From Podarcis melisellensis (Eukaryota): a stretch of 64,000 bases of DNA. The stretch lies in NCBI GenBank assembly GCA_964234715.1, contig OZ174279.1. One strand, written 5' to 3'. The position numbers and the translations under genes are program-made. Shown piece by piece: positions 27,601 to 40,900 of this stretch (its first letter is position 1; every line of letters starts with the position of its first letter). The notes beneath the pieces are model-generated. The model did no database searches and was not told where the DNA came from. It saw only the letters and a list, made by a program, of their open reading frames with translations.

Positions 27601-30600
27601 TTTGAAAGCATTGCCAATCCTCTGACTCACAGTGCCAGCAAACCCCACTTTTGGCAGGGAGCTATGTCTTTTCCTGACTCACACTCCATGTCCTAAATTA
27701 CACCAGCTGAAGCACAGGTAAGTGTGGCTTGCAGGAAATGGCCTCATGAGCCAAAGGAATAACCCTGCTGGATCTCATTGAGGAGTATATACCTCTGGTT
27801 CCCCATGCTTGATTTAGTAGAATGCTTAGCACTAACAAAGCCCCTGCATTTGCAAACCAAACCAAAAGCAGAGGCAGAGATGATCACCTACCAGATCTGC
27901 CACCATCTTCTGCATGTACTTTGTGCATTTTTCCACCTCATTCTTGGGTCCTCTAAGTTGGACAATGTCACTCTTGTGTGAGGGATCTGGGAAGTTGATA
28001 ATAACCTACAAGAAATAGTTAATCCAAGATAATGTTAAACAGGTTGCTGAGTCCCAGGAGGTTATTTCCCTACTGTGGAATTCAAAACTCAGAGTTTTCC
28101 TCTGTGCTCCAAGACATGGCCCTATACTAGTTATTGCTATATGATATCATCTTGCTATAGGTGAATTAGCACAATGTAATATGAGTGAGAAGTAGATAAA
28201 AGAGAAGGAACAGTAAAATAAAAACCCCACTCTGCTGCAATAGTTGGCTAACACCCACAGCCACCCTTTTTTGTATGTTTCTAAAACAGCACCTCCAAAC
28301 ATTATTTCTTAAGAGGCACAGAAATTAAGGAAGGAAGGAAGGAAGGAAGGAAGGAAGGAAGGAAGGAAGGAAGGAAGGAAGGACCGGGATAGGAGGCTGC
28401 TTTACTTTGGACGACTTCAGGTGAGACCCAGTATGCTTTGAACCAAAGACAGAGCTTTGATTTTCTAAATTATATTATTGATTTCATTTCTATACCGCTT
28501 TATATTTTAAAGAAAAAAAATCTCAAAGCGGTTTACAGCACATTAAAACATCAATTAAAATAATCCAGAATAAAACATTACTGGAGAAAGTCAAACGTAA
28601 AGTTTTGGCTATCTCCTTCCCGCTATGTAAGCTGAAAGAGACAGTGTTGTCTTGACTTCAATGAAAGGCTGTTTTACATTTATGAGGAGAGGGATGTGTC
28701 AGAAAAGCATGAAAGAAGGAGCCTCCTATGAACAGTTGAAACTATTTTGAGGGAGAAAAAAAACACAGACAGGATGTACCAAATAGGCAATGATTCTGCC
28801 AACCTGATGCCTTTTTAAATTTTAAATAAAGAAATATTGGGGCCAAGTGAATGTTCTAGGACATTAGAGTTGCTGCGGAGTGTGAATAGGAAGCCACTAG
28901 GGGCCCCATTTAAGAGCACTATGCAACCCCGAATTGCATGGGGGTTCCATTCCTGGTCACCGCATGCATCAGCAGGACGTGCGCAAGACTGCCTCGCCCC
29001 ACACCTTTTAGGCACTGAAAATGGTGCAAGTGTCAGCGGTCACATGCATGCTGATCACGTGCAAGCGGGGAGATGCCTGTAATCGAGTCAATATAAAAAT
29101 ACATTTTAATCTGTCTCTCTGTCGTGTGTGTGTTTCAAAGACTTTTGTTACCTCTGGAAATTTATCCCGGGTATCCCGAATCCGTTCACCCTTCTGCCCA
29201 ATGATAGTTCTATGGAATTTCTGGTCAATGATCAGGTCCTTTGTGCGTTCATTTTCCTGGGGAGGAAAAATGGGGCGGGAATCTCCATGATTAAAAGTCC
29301 CCATGTTTGAAACACATGCTGTATTTCATTCACACTTGCACAACAGGCAGATCTACCAACCAGTCAAGCTGCAAAGTTTGACAAACCCACAAACGTCACC
29401 ACAATGACGCACCACCCAGGTAGAGAGATAAAACAGAATCGCTTCCCTGGTGTGTGGGAAAGTTTGGCAGGAAGCCTCGCTAGTAGTTAACACTTCTCTC
29501 CTGGACACAGTCCAGTTCTCCATGGCTCACCATACGCGATGCAAGTTCCAGCAGCTCTCTCTTGGCCTCTTGAACTCCCTGAGGGTCTCCTTCAATTCTG
29601 ATGAGGTTGCTCTTCTCATTGTCTGGAGGGATCCGCACAGACACTTTGTACTGATCCTTAATCCTGTTGACTGCAAATCAAAAAGATTCTGCTAAGAACA
29701 CTCGTCCACTGCATATGCTCTGCAATCAAGGCTTCAGAGTTTCAGAACAAGAGGCTTTCTCCTTTAAGGATTACTTGCGCTGTAGGAGACACTGACCTAT
29801 TCACAGAGGACAAACTAGTAGAGGGGGGAGCGGGATTTCAATGCTTAGTCAACACGATGTTTTAAGAAAGAGACACATATCTTCCCATATGAACTGTGTT
29901 CATTAGAATAATTAGGAATTGAGTGGGATGAGGCATGCAGAGGTTATTTCCCCAAGATCCCCCCCCCCATTTTCTGTTATCTATTCTAACCAGAAACAAA
30001 CTAAGGAAGTTTCTCAAGAAGGACCTCCCCATTTTTGCAGAGAGCACATTATTAGTTCTCCAGAACACCTCAGTCCTAGAGACCCGGAAGTACAGCTAGA
30101 GACCCAGAGAGATGAGATTGTAGATTATCTCTAACAGGGACAACAGCAACGCATATTACACACACAGGGAGACACTGAACAAGCGTTTAACTCACTGTTG
30201 GCTCCACTCTTTCCAATGAGATGTCTGTGGAATTTATGGTCAATATTGATTTCAGTATAATCCATCCGGTTAATCTGCAAAGAGCACACCACAGTTAGCC
30301 AGAATCTGGAGCAAACACATACCCCTCTAGCCGAGGAACAAAGAACAGAAACAGGACAGCAACATCAGCCATGACACAATAGATAACTAGCCACTATTAG
30401 ATCCAGATGTTCTGTTGAGGAAAGTAGCTCAAGCCTGAGCAAAGAGCACACAGCTTGGGGACACTCAGCAGTTTCACCATCACTTGACCCAGATTATGTT
30501 TCTAACACAGCTCTTTGTTCCCTTTATGGCCATTCCATTGAAAAAAATCAACAGCCTCCTTTTGTCTCCAGAACTGCAGTCCTAAGCACACATACCAGAT

Positions 30601-31864
30601 GTCAACTCCACTGAACTCAGTGCACTTGCTTTGCTATGGAATATAAGTTGCATATTTAATCTAAGTAGGAGGACACAATATGAGGCTTGATGGTTTTTCG
30701 TGATGGCTTGCATCTGTACCTTCCATTTTGAAAAGATGGCCACACAAAGTCAAACTAGGGCTTCTTAACTCACCAGATCCTTGACCATGTTCTCAATTTG
30801 TTCTTGAGCCATGTTGACATCTTCAGTGGGTCCCTCCAGAGTGATTCTATCTTCTCCTTCAGTGAATTCTATGTGAACCTTCCAGTAAGGGAGAAAATTC
30901 AGCATCAGCATGAAACTACTGAAGAGGGATCCATGTAATGGCAGGGGAATGAATGTGGCAATGTGGCTTTTGCCTGCAAGCGAAGATGCTGCAAGAAACC
31001 CCTTGAACTTGTGTTTTCTAAAGATGGGAAGGAGGGGTAGGATCTAGGGAACTACTTCATGGTTAAAACCATGTGCTGAAGCCTTATTCTAGCCAACTGA
31101 AGCTTTGGGTGAGAGACAGTTGCCTAGTAGAACAAAGCTTTCTTTGAGGTGGCGCTCCATTGGTGGAATTTCCTCCCCAGCCTCACTCAACAAGCATCTA
31201 CTTGACTAAACCTTAGGCATGAGCTACCCTCTTTTTACAGATGGTATCACATACTAACAGCTGGTCAGAGCCATTATAGCCAGAAAGACCTAGTAGGTGC
31301 CAATCTTTTATTGTGGTATAATGAAGTGTGGGATATAGCCTTTTTAGAAAAGCTTACATACAAATTAGGAGTTGGAAGAGGACAAAGCAAAACAATTTTT
31401 TGTGATATGGGATGTATGGCTTTATTTCTTATGTCCATGATGATTCACACAGCTTAAATCTGCACATAATAAAATAATATGGTTGATTCAGTAAAATATA
31501 CTTCGACTAAACCGTGCTCCACTTTTTCCAGTATGTATATCAATATTTAATTTCAATGTATCTTGCTCTAATCGTCTTTTTAGAAACTGTATGGAAGGCC
31601 TTCATCAGTACACTTCTGTTTCTCTGTATTTTATAACTTTCTGGGTTTTTTATATTCTTATTCTGTATAATTTTAAAAGCTGCTCTTTAGTGAATGTTCA
31701 GAACAAGGTGCTTCAACACTGTATTTTCCCATCAAATATTTAATTAATAGGTTATTTACAGGAAACAACTTAGGCATTAGTTGAAAATTATATGCAAATC
31801 TTTAGCAGCACTACATTTTTTCACTGGCTGTGTTTAGCTGCTATTTGGCCCTATTTGTGGTGAA

Positions 31865-31903
<39 letters not shown>

Positions 31904-34900
31904 TCAAGTGTCTCTGAAAAGCTAATCCTATCTAAAATGGGAGATGGTGACAAGTGGAATCGGCTTTCTCATTTTCTGTCTTGCTGCCAACTTAATTTCT
32001 CCCAATTTCACAAGTGTAGAAGTTACTTGGAATCTCAGGCTCATGTTTCAGAATGCCCCGAAAGTGTGGTAAAAAGCCACAAGGGCTTTCAAGGTTTCAA
32101 TTTCTCTATTCCTTCTAGGAAGACCAAGATGAGACTCTTTGCAGACTTTGTCCCTCAGACTACAAGTCTGCCTTTCAACACCAATAGGTGAGAATTCACT
32201 TTCTAGGTGCTCATACCTTTGGCATTTGCTGGGTGATTTTGGCCAGGTTTTGCCCTTTCTTGCCAATGATGAAACGGTGAAGCCAAGAGGGGGCGGAAAC
32301 AGAGGAGACTGTGAAACTGTTGGCCTAAAAAAGGACAGTATTGTTATGAAGAAATTTAAAATTCAATTAGCAATATGCATTAACTCAAACCACTCAGATG
32401 CTGGATCACTCTAGTTCCCATCGCAATCCAGTATCCTTAGCTGAAGGATCTTGTCTGGTACCAGACAAGAAGTTGCAGCGTTCAGCAAAACACAACAGCT
32501 TAAGAATATTATTGTATTATAACAGCTATCTATTAGCACTTTTATGCAGCATTTGTGAAAGTTTATTATCACATAACAATTGCCCAAGGCCCAACTGTGG
32601 GCCTCACCCGAATACCATGAAGCCCACACTGCACCTGAATTCAAAGCTCACCCCCACCCCGCCCAGCGAATTAGCCCTAGGAATAGCTAAGTGGCACTCC
32701 AATAGGAGCTCTCCTCACCTGTTCCCAGCACTAAACAACTTAGTGTAGCAGGGGGTAAGCACATGACAGAACCTCCCCATCCCTGCACAGAGAAAGGGTG
32801 AAGGCTGTCTGTCTGTGTCTGGGGTAGGGGTGTGGAATCTGTGTCCAGTTAATGCCCGCTGCCACCACCCGCTTCACTCACATGCAGCAAAAAATGTTGT
32901 CCCCATTGTTGACTGTAACTGAACACACTATCTGCATGTATTCTGAGCCATGCTGCATTCCAGCAATTTAGCAATCCTAACAAATGTACTGACTACCAGA
33001 AAGGCCTAGCTGCGTGGCAACCTGGTTACCTTGGCATAGACTTCAGTCAGTGCCTGCCCAAGCTTTTCAGGTTCGCCACGCAGTATCACAGTCTCTGAGC
33101 TGCTGTCTGTGGGTGGTATCTCGACTGAGACTCCAGTTTTCTCCAAGATCTCCTGCAGGGAGTTCCCTTTGGGACCGATGACGTACTTATGCTGGGACTT
33201 CTTCACCTCCACAGCAATGGTGGTAGTCTTCTTCTTCTGTAGGGAGAAAGAAGCTAGGGCATCAGTTATAAGGACTAGGGAAAAACAAAGGGGGTGCGTT
33301 GGGGAAGTCACCAGGAAATCTCTAGGATTAGAAATGGGGCAGACCAGAAAAGGAAACTTGTCTGTGTGTGCTCTAAAAGGAAGGGCTGGATTTTCAAACA
33401 AACAAACCATGAAATATGCTAAGAACACAAGCCATCTTCTTTGTCTTTTTATATAGGAAAGACACAGAACAACCACATCTGTGAGCAGTTCAGTCCGCCA
33501 TAAAGGCTTCCTGTGGTTTTGCTTCAGCTACGACTTTAAATACAGCTACATAATCTTGATTAGCTAATCAAGCCATCAGTGAATCTGTGTTTGTGCATAA
33601 GTTCCAGTGAGCAAGTCTCATGATTCTGTAGGTAGTGTGCTCTCCTGGTGTGCATCTGTCGCAAGCTGCAAAGAATGAGAACACTATACGTCTGTCCCAA
33701 TTCACATTTGTGGAGGTGAAGGGAAAACTAGACAGGGAAGAGCACCCCACAAATCAGAGGAAAAAGACAGCTCAGGGCTGGTCTGTGCAATGTGGCACTG
33801 CTCAGAGACCACGAAGAATCTTACCTTCTCCTCGTAGATCTTCTTAACACAAGCAACTGCTTGGGCCAGCTGCTCCTTTTCTCCAGTGAAGACTATCTCC
33901 GTTCTGTTGACGCTGGGAGGTGGGATGTTTATGCGTGTCCCTGTCTCCTGCATGATCTCACCGACCAGCTTGTTGAAAGGGCCAGCAATGAAAGGATGAT
34001 ATACCTTCTCCACCTCCAACCTTTCAACTGCACGCTTATCCTGGGAAATAAAGCAATATGTGCACGTTCTATTGTTTTTCCTACACAGCAAAGCCTAATA
34101 TTGCAAGGAAAGAAGTGTCCCAAGCAGATGTTACCAAAGGATGTCAAGCCTACAGGAATTTCACTGAAATTCCTATACTCCTTAGTGTGAAGCTCTTGAG
34201 ACTGATGTTCACATGCCTCCAACTTTTCCTGAAACATTATTCCTCCCTTCCCCAAAAGTGGCACCTTGGATAACCTGACCGGGCTGCAGACATACGGCTT
34301 CTTAAAAGCAGAGCCTGGATTAGAAGTGCTGTGGAGTGTGGGATAAAGGAAGGACATTGAAGGCAGAGGGAACTCAAAACAAGAGTCCAGAAGAACAAGG
34401 AAAAGAGTGGGGTGCAGGAAGACTATAATATGACACAGTTCACCGAGATTGCTGCATCAGTGTTTATTCTCAACATACCACGTAATCCCCAAATATATGG
34501 AGAATGGAACAGGGGACTTGGTTTTGTTTTGGACAGTCTGTGGACAGCATTGCATATGCAGTAGTTGAAATTGCAGATGCAAGGCAACTGAAATAACCAA
34601 AAAGCCTAGGAGGTAAAGGATAATCTCCATATTCCAGAGAACCCAACTCAAGAGTAACCTGTTTCCCAGAAACCCTCCAATTGTCTAACCAGCCTCATGC
34701 CTTAGGGCCTCTCTACATATTGATGACTGTTGTGGGAAACATGGGTATGTTATATGTGCGTTTCCTGGAGTTGTCATCAAAAGGTGGCGCCACCTAGAGT
34801 TTAACCCACAACTATTTGGATGCAGGTTGCTTCTCAGCATGGTTGGACCTGCACATTCCATATACATGGCAGGTACTAGAGAGCAGCATATAGAGTCTTG

Positions 34901-37900
34901 GGCTGCAACCTGAATCCAATCCACCCTTAAAGCTTTGGGGAGCCACCATTGCACCCGCTGCCTGGCTACTCACTCTAGCTGTGGGGTGGGAGGCAAGATG
35001 CTCAGGCAGTCTTGCTCAGGTCTCACAGCTGATCTGGCCTACCATCAATGCTTGTATGCCCCTTTGCAGATAGCATCCCCACCAGTTCAAAGCCTCAGAA
35101 CAAGGTGCTCCAAGGGCAGAGAGGGTGTGGGACTGAGCCACATCTGTTTGGTCTTACAGGCATCACCAGACAGCATCTGTCCCAATCCAGACCTGATCAC
35201 TGTGCTGATGAAAGAGACATTTGGATTGCTCTGCCCAATCCTACATAGCTTCGTATACAAAACATCTTGTTGCTCTGTTTATCCAGAAGTCCAAATGATG
35301 TTAATGGAGCTTATTTTTCAGATGTGCATGTTTAGGGCCATATATTTTAACCGCCTGGAAAAGCAAAACAGCAGTACCTGTAATGTCTTATTTGCTCAAT
35401 AAAGTTGCTTATAAAACTACCCAATCTGGGAGTTGTTCTGGTTATTGTAAATGCTCTGCAGAGGCCAAGAGTAAGACAGCTTGTCTTAAAAGTACTCCCC
35501 TCCGAAAAGGCATAACAATAGCAATGTTCCTCAGAAGCAGTAAGGGTGGGAATGCTGCTTACCTGCTCAGCAGAGATCAGCAGGATCTCATGCCGCGCCT
35601 TCTCAATCCCTTCCTTGGTGCCGGTGATCTTGATCTGGTTGCTGGGGTCATCCGGGCGGGGGATCTGGATCTTAGTGGCAGTTTTGAGCTCAAGGTCCTG
35701 CAACTTCTCTCCACTTTTGCCAATGACAAAGCGATGATGCTCCTTGGGAATGGGCACCGTTGCTGAAGCCTACAACAGACATCAAGATGCGGGATGAAGC
35801 TCCAGGCCAGTTCCATGACACGGATGTGTCTCTGTCACCTTAAGGCAGGGATGAGAAAACCTGTAGCCCTCGGCCTAATTTCATGCAGAAGTGAGGGGAG
35901 AGGAGGAGAAGGAAGTTGAAATGGATGGTGCAATGGAAGGAGGGGGAATAAACCCTCGGCAACTGAGGGATAGAGACTTCTGTCAAGAGCTATATGCTTC
36001 TCTCCCGGCAGACTGCTGTGTGGGGGAGTGTGTCTGCCCACCACTAGCACCTGACAACTTATCCCCAAGAGAAAATGGCTGTATGTGTACACACACACAC
36101 ACTTCTCCATTCCGGCCCTAAAGGTTGGGTTGACCAATCCAACAGAGCTGTTTTGCCCTGAGTGCCATAATGGAGGACAGAATTTCAGCAGTGCAATTTC
36201 TCCCACCATATGCAGGCAGCGGCGGCAGGGGACTGTGCATGTCCAAGTTCACCACTGTATACAACTATCAGAGATAGGAGGTGTTTATCCAGCAGAATCA
36301 ACTAATAAAGATATTTGCATGAACTGTACTACTTGAGGTTTCAGGTAGAAAAGCTCTCTGTCTACTGGCATCAGGCAGGCACGTTTGCTGAGCTCTTTTT
36401 AGTGCCTGCTTAAATCATTTTTTCTTTAGGCAAGCCTATCCAGACACATAGATGCTGAAAAATTACAATCTTTTACTTATTAATTATTGATCATTCCAAT
36501 ATTTCTGGTAAACCACTTAGAGGTACCTACATTTGTTTTTTTTAAAAAAAATATGTTTGACTGCTTCCCCAAATTAAGAAAAATAAAAGTCCCTGCCAAG
36601 TTCTCCCAGGCACACATTCTGTCCACTCAGCTTTATTAAGACTCAACCTAGCCTTCTCCCTCCCTAACATAGCATTTCATTCAGTAAAGTTATGTGGGTA
36701 GGCGAATGCCGTGCAGACTCCCATCTTCATTTAAATTTCTCAGTCTTCACTGGAACAAAAGACTCCCAGCTGCAGTGTGAACTGGAAACACTTCAGAACC
36801 AGCTCAACCACTCAGGCTAGCCTGACTGTATGATCTCTAGACTCCAATGTTATCACAGATGAAGCATAATTATGTTGAACATACCCCTCAAGCTATTTCC
36901 TGTGTCCTTTCTGAACCTATTAAATTTTAGATAGAACGGGATATTAATATTTCCCTTGGTGGAGGGCATAATGCCCAAGTAAGAGTTTTCCATTGCCAGA
37001 GGGGCTTATGGGATAAATCAGGATGCTCTAAAGCCCTGACCAAGTGTCACTCGAAAACTTAAGTCATGCTGTCACAAATACAGAGAGTTAGTTCAAGGTT
37101 CTCATTTATCCAAACACAGAAGTTCTCAACTGCAAGCTAAATTCTGGTGGTTGGCAGACAGGCTACAGAAGAGTTGAGAATATATGTACTTGCCCATGCA
37201 CCCACTTTCTCTTTCCTGGTGATGGAGACAGAGCTCTGCCCATGATTTTCATAGCAGGATTTCAGACCAGGCAGGCAAAAAATAGGTCACTTAATGTCAC
37301 TGTGATATCAAGTGAGTCACCATGCCAACCTGTCAAAATTTGGCCCACAGTGTGTATGGAGATAAGGGTCTGGCCTCAGCCAGCCAGTTCTAGGTCCCTA
37401 CCCGTTTTAGACAGTTACCAATTCACAAGACAATCCATCGTTTTATACTATAACTGCTATGTTTACTCAGCTACCTTTGAGGGACTTCATACACCTACCA
37501 AAACCTTTTGACAGATGTCCTCATGATCACCCCATCTACATATTTACTGACATCCCACCTTTTCCTAAACACAATCCATTCTAATAGAATTCTTTGGGCC
37601 ATCAAGTCCAAGCCTCTGCCTTGGTACATAATTAGCCAACAGCTTAGGGTCAATGGGCATTAGCCACCTTTAGGGATGCAACACCCACCACAAAACGACG
37701 TAGGGGACTCAGTCCACTTTCTCTCTCTTGCCAAGGGAGTAAGAGGGTTGGATGCTGCTCTGCCCATCACACATGCCTTGCCTCTCTTAAGATAGCTGTA
37801 ACATCTCTCCTCTAATGTTGCCAAGTGCTTTACCACAGAAAGCAGTGGGGAAGAGATCCCAATTTCAATGTATTTCCCCACCCCCTCCTCAGGGAGCACT

Positions 37901-40900
37901 GAGCTTTTGGAAGAAAAAACTTTGAGGAGTACACAGTGCTACTGTTCACCATAAAAACTGATCCCATTGTACCTCGTTAACACCCATGAATGCACCATCT
38001 ATAACCACCACCAGGTTCTGGCTTCTGGAGAGATTACTTGCCTAACATTGGCTGCTAGAAAAGTATGTGGGGAGCCATGGTTAATTAAACTGCAATTAGC
38101 TTTTGAAGCTCCAGTGACCTTCCATGCACTTAAGATGCACTGCAAAAGTGAGCCGCCCTACTAAAATCTATGTTTGGTTTTATGAGCACCCACGCCTTGT
38201 GGAAGGTCACACAGTGGGAAGAGGAGAGAACCAAGTTGCTCACCTGTGTCTGAAGCTGAGCTACGATCTTCTTTCGAGCCTTCATCACTGCTTCTAGCTT
38301 GCCAGAGACCATGATCGAGAGTCCCTGATCCTTTGCGAGAGACAGCTCCAGGTGAGCTCCCGTCTTCTGCATGATGTCCAAGCAGATTTTGGCCTGCTCC
38401 CCTTCCCCAAACTGGTTCATGTCCTTGTATTTCCTCTCTTCCAGCGGCACATGGAACACCTGCTCAGGTAAAAGGAAGTTTTGTTCAACTTAGAACAATG
38501 GTAAATTTACTCCCCTTTTGCAGATGAGCAGAGACACTTCTGCTGTAACAAGACACTTAAGCACTCAACTGATAAATACATACTGGGCACAACCCTCCAT
38601 GATGTGATTAAGTGAACCCTTAGATTTTAACACAAAAAGATACTTAACTTTTAGAGTGGAGGCTACTTTCGGAGGTCAGCTACCCTGACCACCCCTTTAG
38701 TTTAGCACAGGATTAATGTAGCATTCAGGGCTCTGATGTCACTAACTGAGTAAGGTCAATATCTGGGAATGCCTCAGACTACACCGACAGAATTCTCCAA
38801 AAACTGATTGATCAAGCAAATGCCGTCCTGCTCCAAATAGTCTTTAAGCTAGCTCTGGTCACTTAGTTATCTTTATTGCAACACTTTCTCGCCTGCAACA
38901 ACATGCTGGAGGGTTACTGAAAAGCATTTGTCTTCAAAGCTTACAGTAGAAAACCAAGTGTTGGGTAAAAGAGGAGGGAAATCCTCTTTTGTACTGACCT
39001 GAGTGATGACAGAAGCCTTGATTGGTCGGATTTTGCTCCAAGCACCAGCAGGTTCCTGGGCTGGTTCCAAACATGCTGCTTTCTCAGGGAGAGGAGGGAA
39101 GGCATCCTTGTAAGTTGGAGGGTCATTTTCTTCTTCAGCATTTAAAGCTGCAACTAGAGTTGAGCAAGCAAAGAAACAATGAAGGATTTCATACACAAAT
39201 AGTGCTCACCCTGCTGATTTCCAAACACGCTCGAGTTCAGCGGCAGAAAACAAAGGCCAAAACTTCTAAAAGAAATGATTGAAACCACCAAACAAAATTA
39301 AGCAGCTTTCTCTTTGGTAAACCACCAGTGGTTGTTTCTGTCTATCAAGCGATTAGGAAACCTTTATCTTTTGTGGAAATCAGAGTTCATCTTGACATTT
39401 AACACACATGCCCTGGACCCTCACCACCCTTTTTCTTACTGCAGCCAATGGAATTATGGGATGCAGGTTTGGCATGAAGAACAAGTGGATGATCAGTTCA
39501 GTCACCTCTAGTGTCAGAATGACCCCGGCCTGAGAGTTAATTCCAAACTACTTATTGACACTGGCTGTTGTGTAGCCGACCTCTTAACAACTTGCTGAAT
39601 TGGCAAATTATTTTCTTATTGAGAAAGGGAGGACCAGCAGCTAACTGATCTTCCTCTGCTTCTTTTGTTAATGTTTTACTTGGGAGGTAGGACATATTTT
39701 GCTTGCAGGCTGACCCATTGGTGCTGCTTGACTTCAAGGAGCCCTTGGCCATCTATAAAATTCATTTCGGCAATTTTCACATGGCTTCATGCATCGACTT
39801 GGGAGTCCCTTGACAAACTAAACTGACCTGGTACCTGATCACGCTTATTAAACCCCATTCATTATTCAATTTACACCTGCCTATCACTTACACTACCTTG
39901 TGACAAAATAGTTAGATACTATTTTCTTGATAAGAGCAGCTAACAGGATTGTATGGAAGAATGATTAAACACGGTAAAGTTAAGCAGTGTTGGCTGCTGC
40001 CCATATACTGTAACTTGCTCAACACAGCACTATGAAGGACAGAGAAGAACAAATATTTAATCGTTTTGGTGGTTGTGATAAGGCTTCCAATATAGAAAAA
40101 TAGGATTAAGAAAGTCCAAAAGATCGTTTAGCTCACCCCCTTCTCCTGATTAACCTAGCATTAACCCATGCGATGAAGTGTATATAAATACACCACATGG
40201 AGACAGGGTGCACATTAAGGAACAGCTTGACAGAATGAAAAGAACTAGGAGAAAGAACCTGCAGGTCGGACAACACATACAGTGGTACCTCGGGTTAAGT
40301 ACTTAATTCGTTCTGGAGGTCCGTTCTTAACCTGAAACTGTTCTTGACCTGAAGCACCACTTTAGCTAATGGGGCCTCCTGCTGCTGCCGCACCGCCAGA
40401 GCACAGTTTCTGTTCTCATCCTGAAGCAAAGTTCTTAACCCGAGGTACTATTTCTGGGTTAGCGGAGTCTGTAACCTGAAGTGTATGTAACCCGAGGAAC
40501 CACTGTATTCTGAGCCTCTCTTACCCTTGTATTTTGTTGTTAGCCCTTTACCACACGAGTATCAAACTTACTGTCTCATTCAAGCAACAAAGACCCCAGG
40601 ACTGCATTCTACTTGGCCAACTCTATGGTAGCTTGGCCAACCCTCCATCACCAAAAGGAGTATGGTCAAGGAATAAGTGGGCGAGGCCACACACACAGTA
40701 TCTACACAAACACACACGCCTTGTAAAAGGTTTTAATGCTTTCACACCCCAGCTGAACCCTCTGGGAAGGTTCTCCCACTATAATTAGACTAGAAAAGGC
40801 CTTATTAGAAGGCTCCCCCAGCCTAAATATGGTGCAAGGGGCATTTCTGGAGGTATGTTAACTTTTCCCTTCACAGCTGTAACCCCCATCCCCTTCTGTG

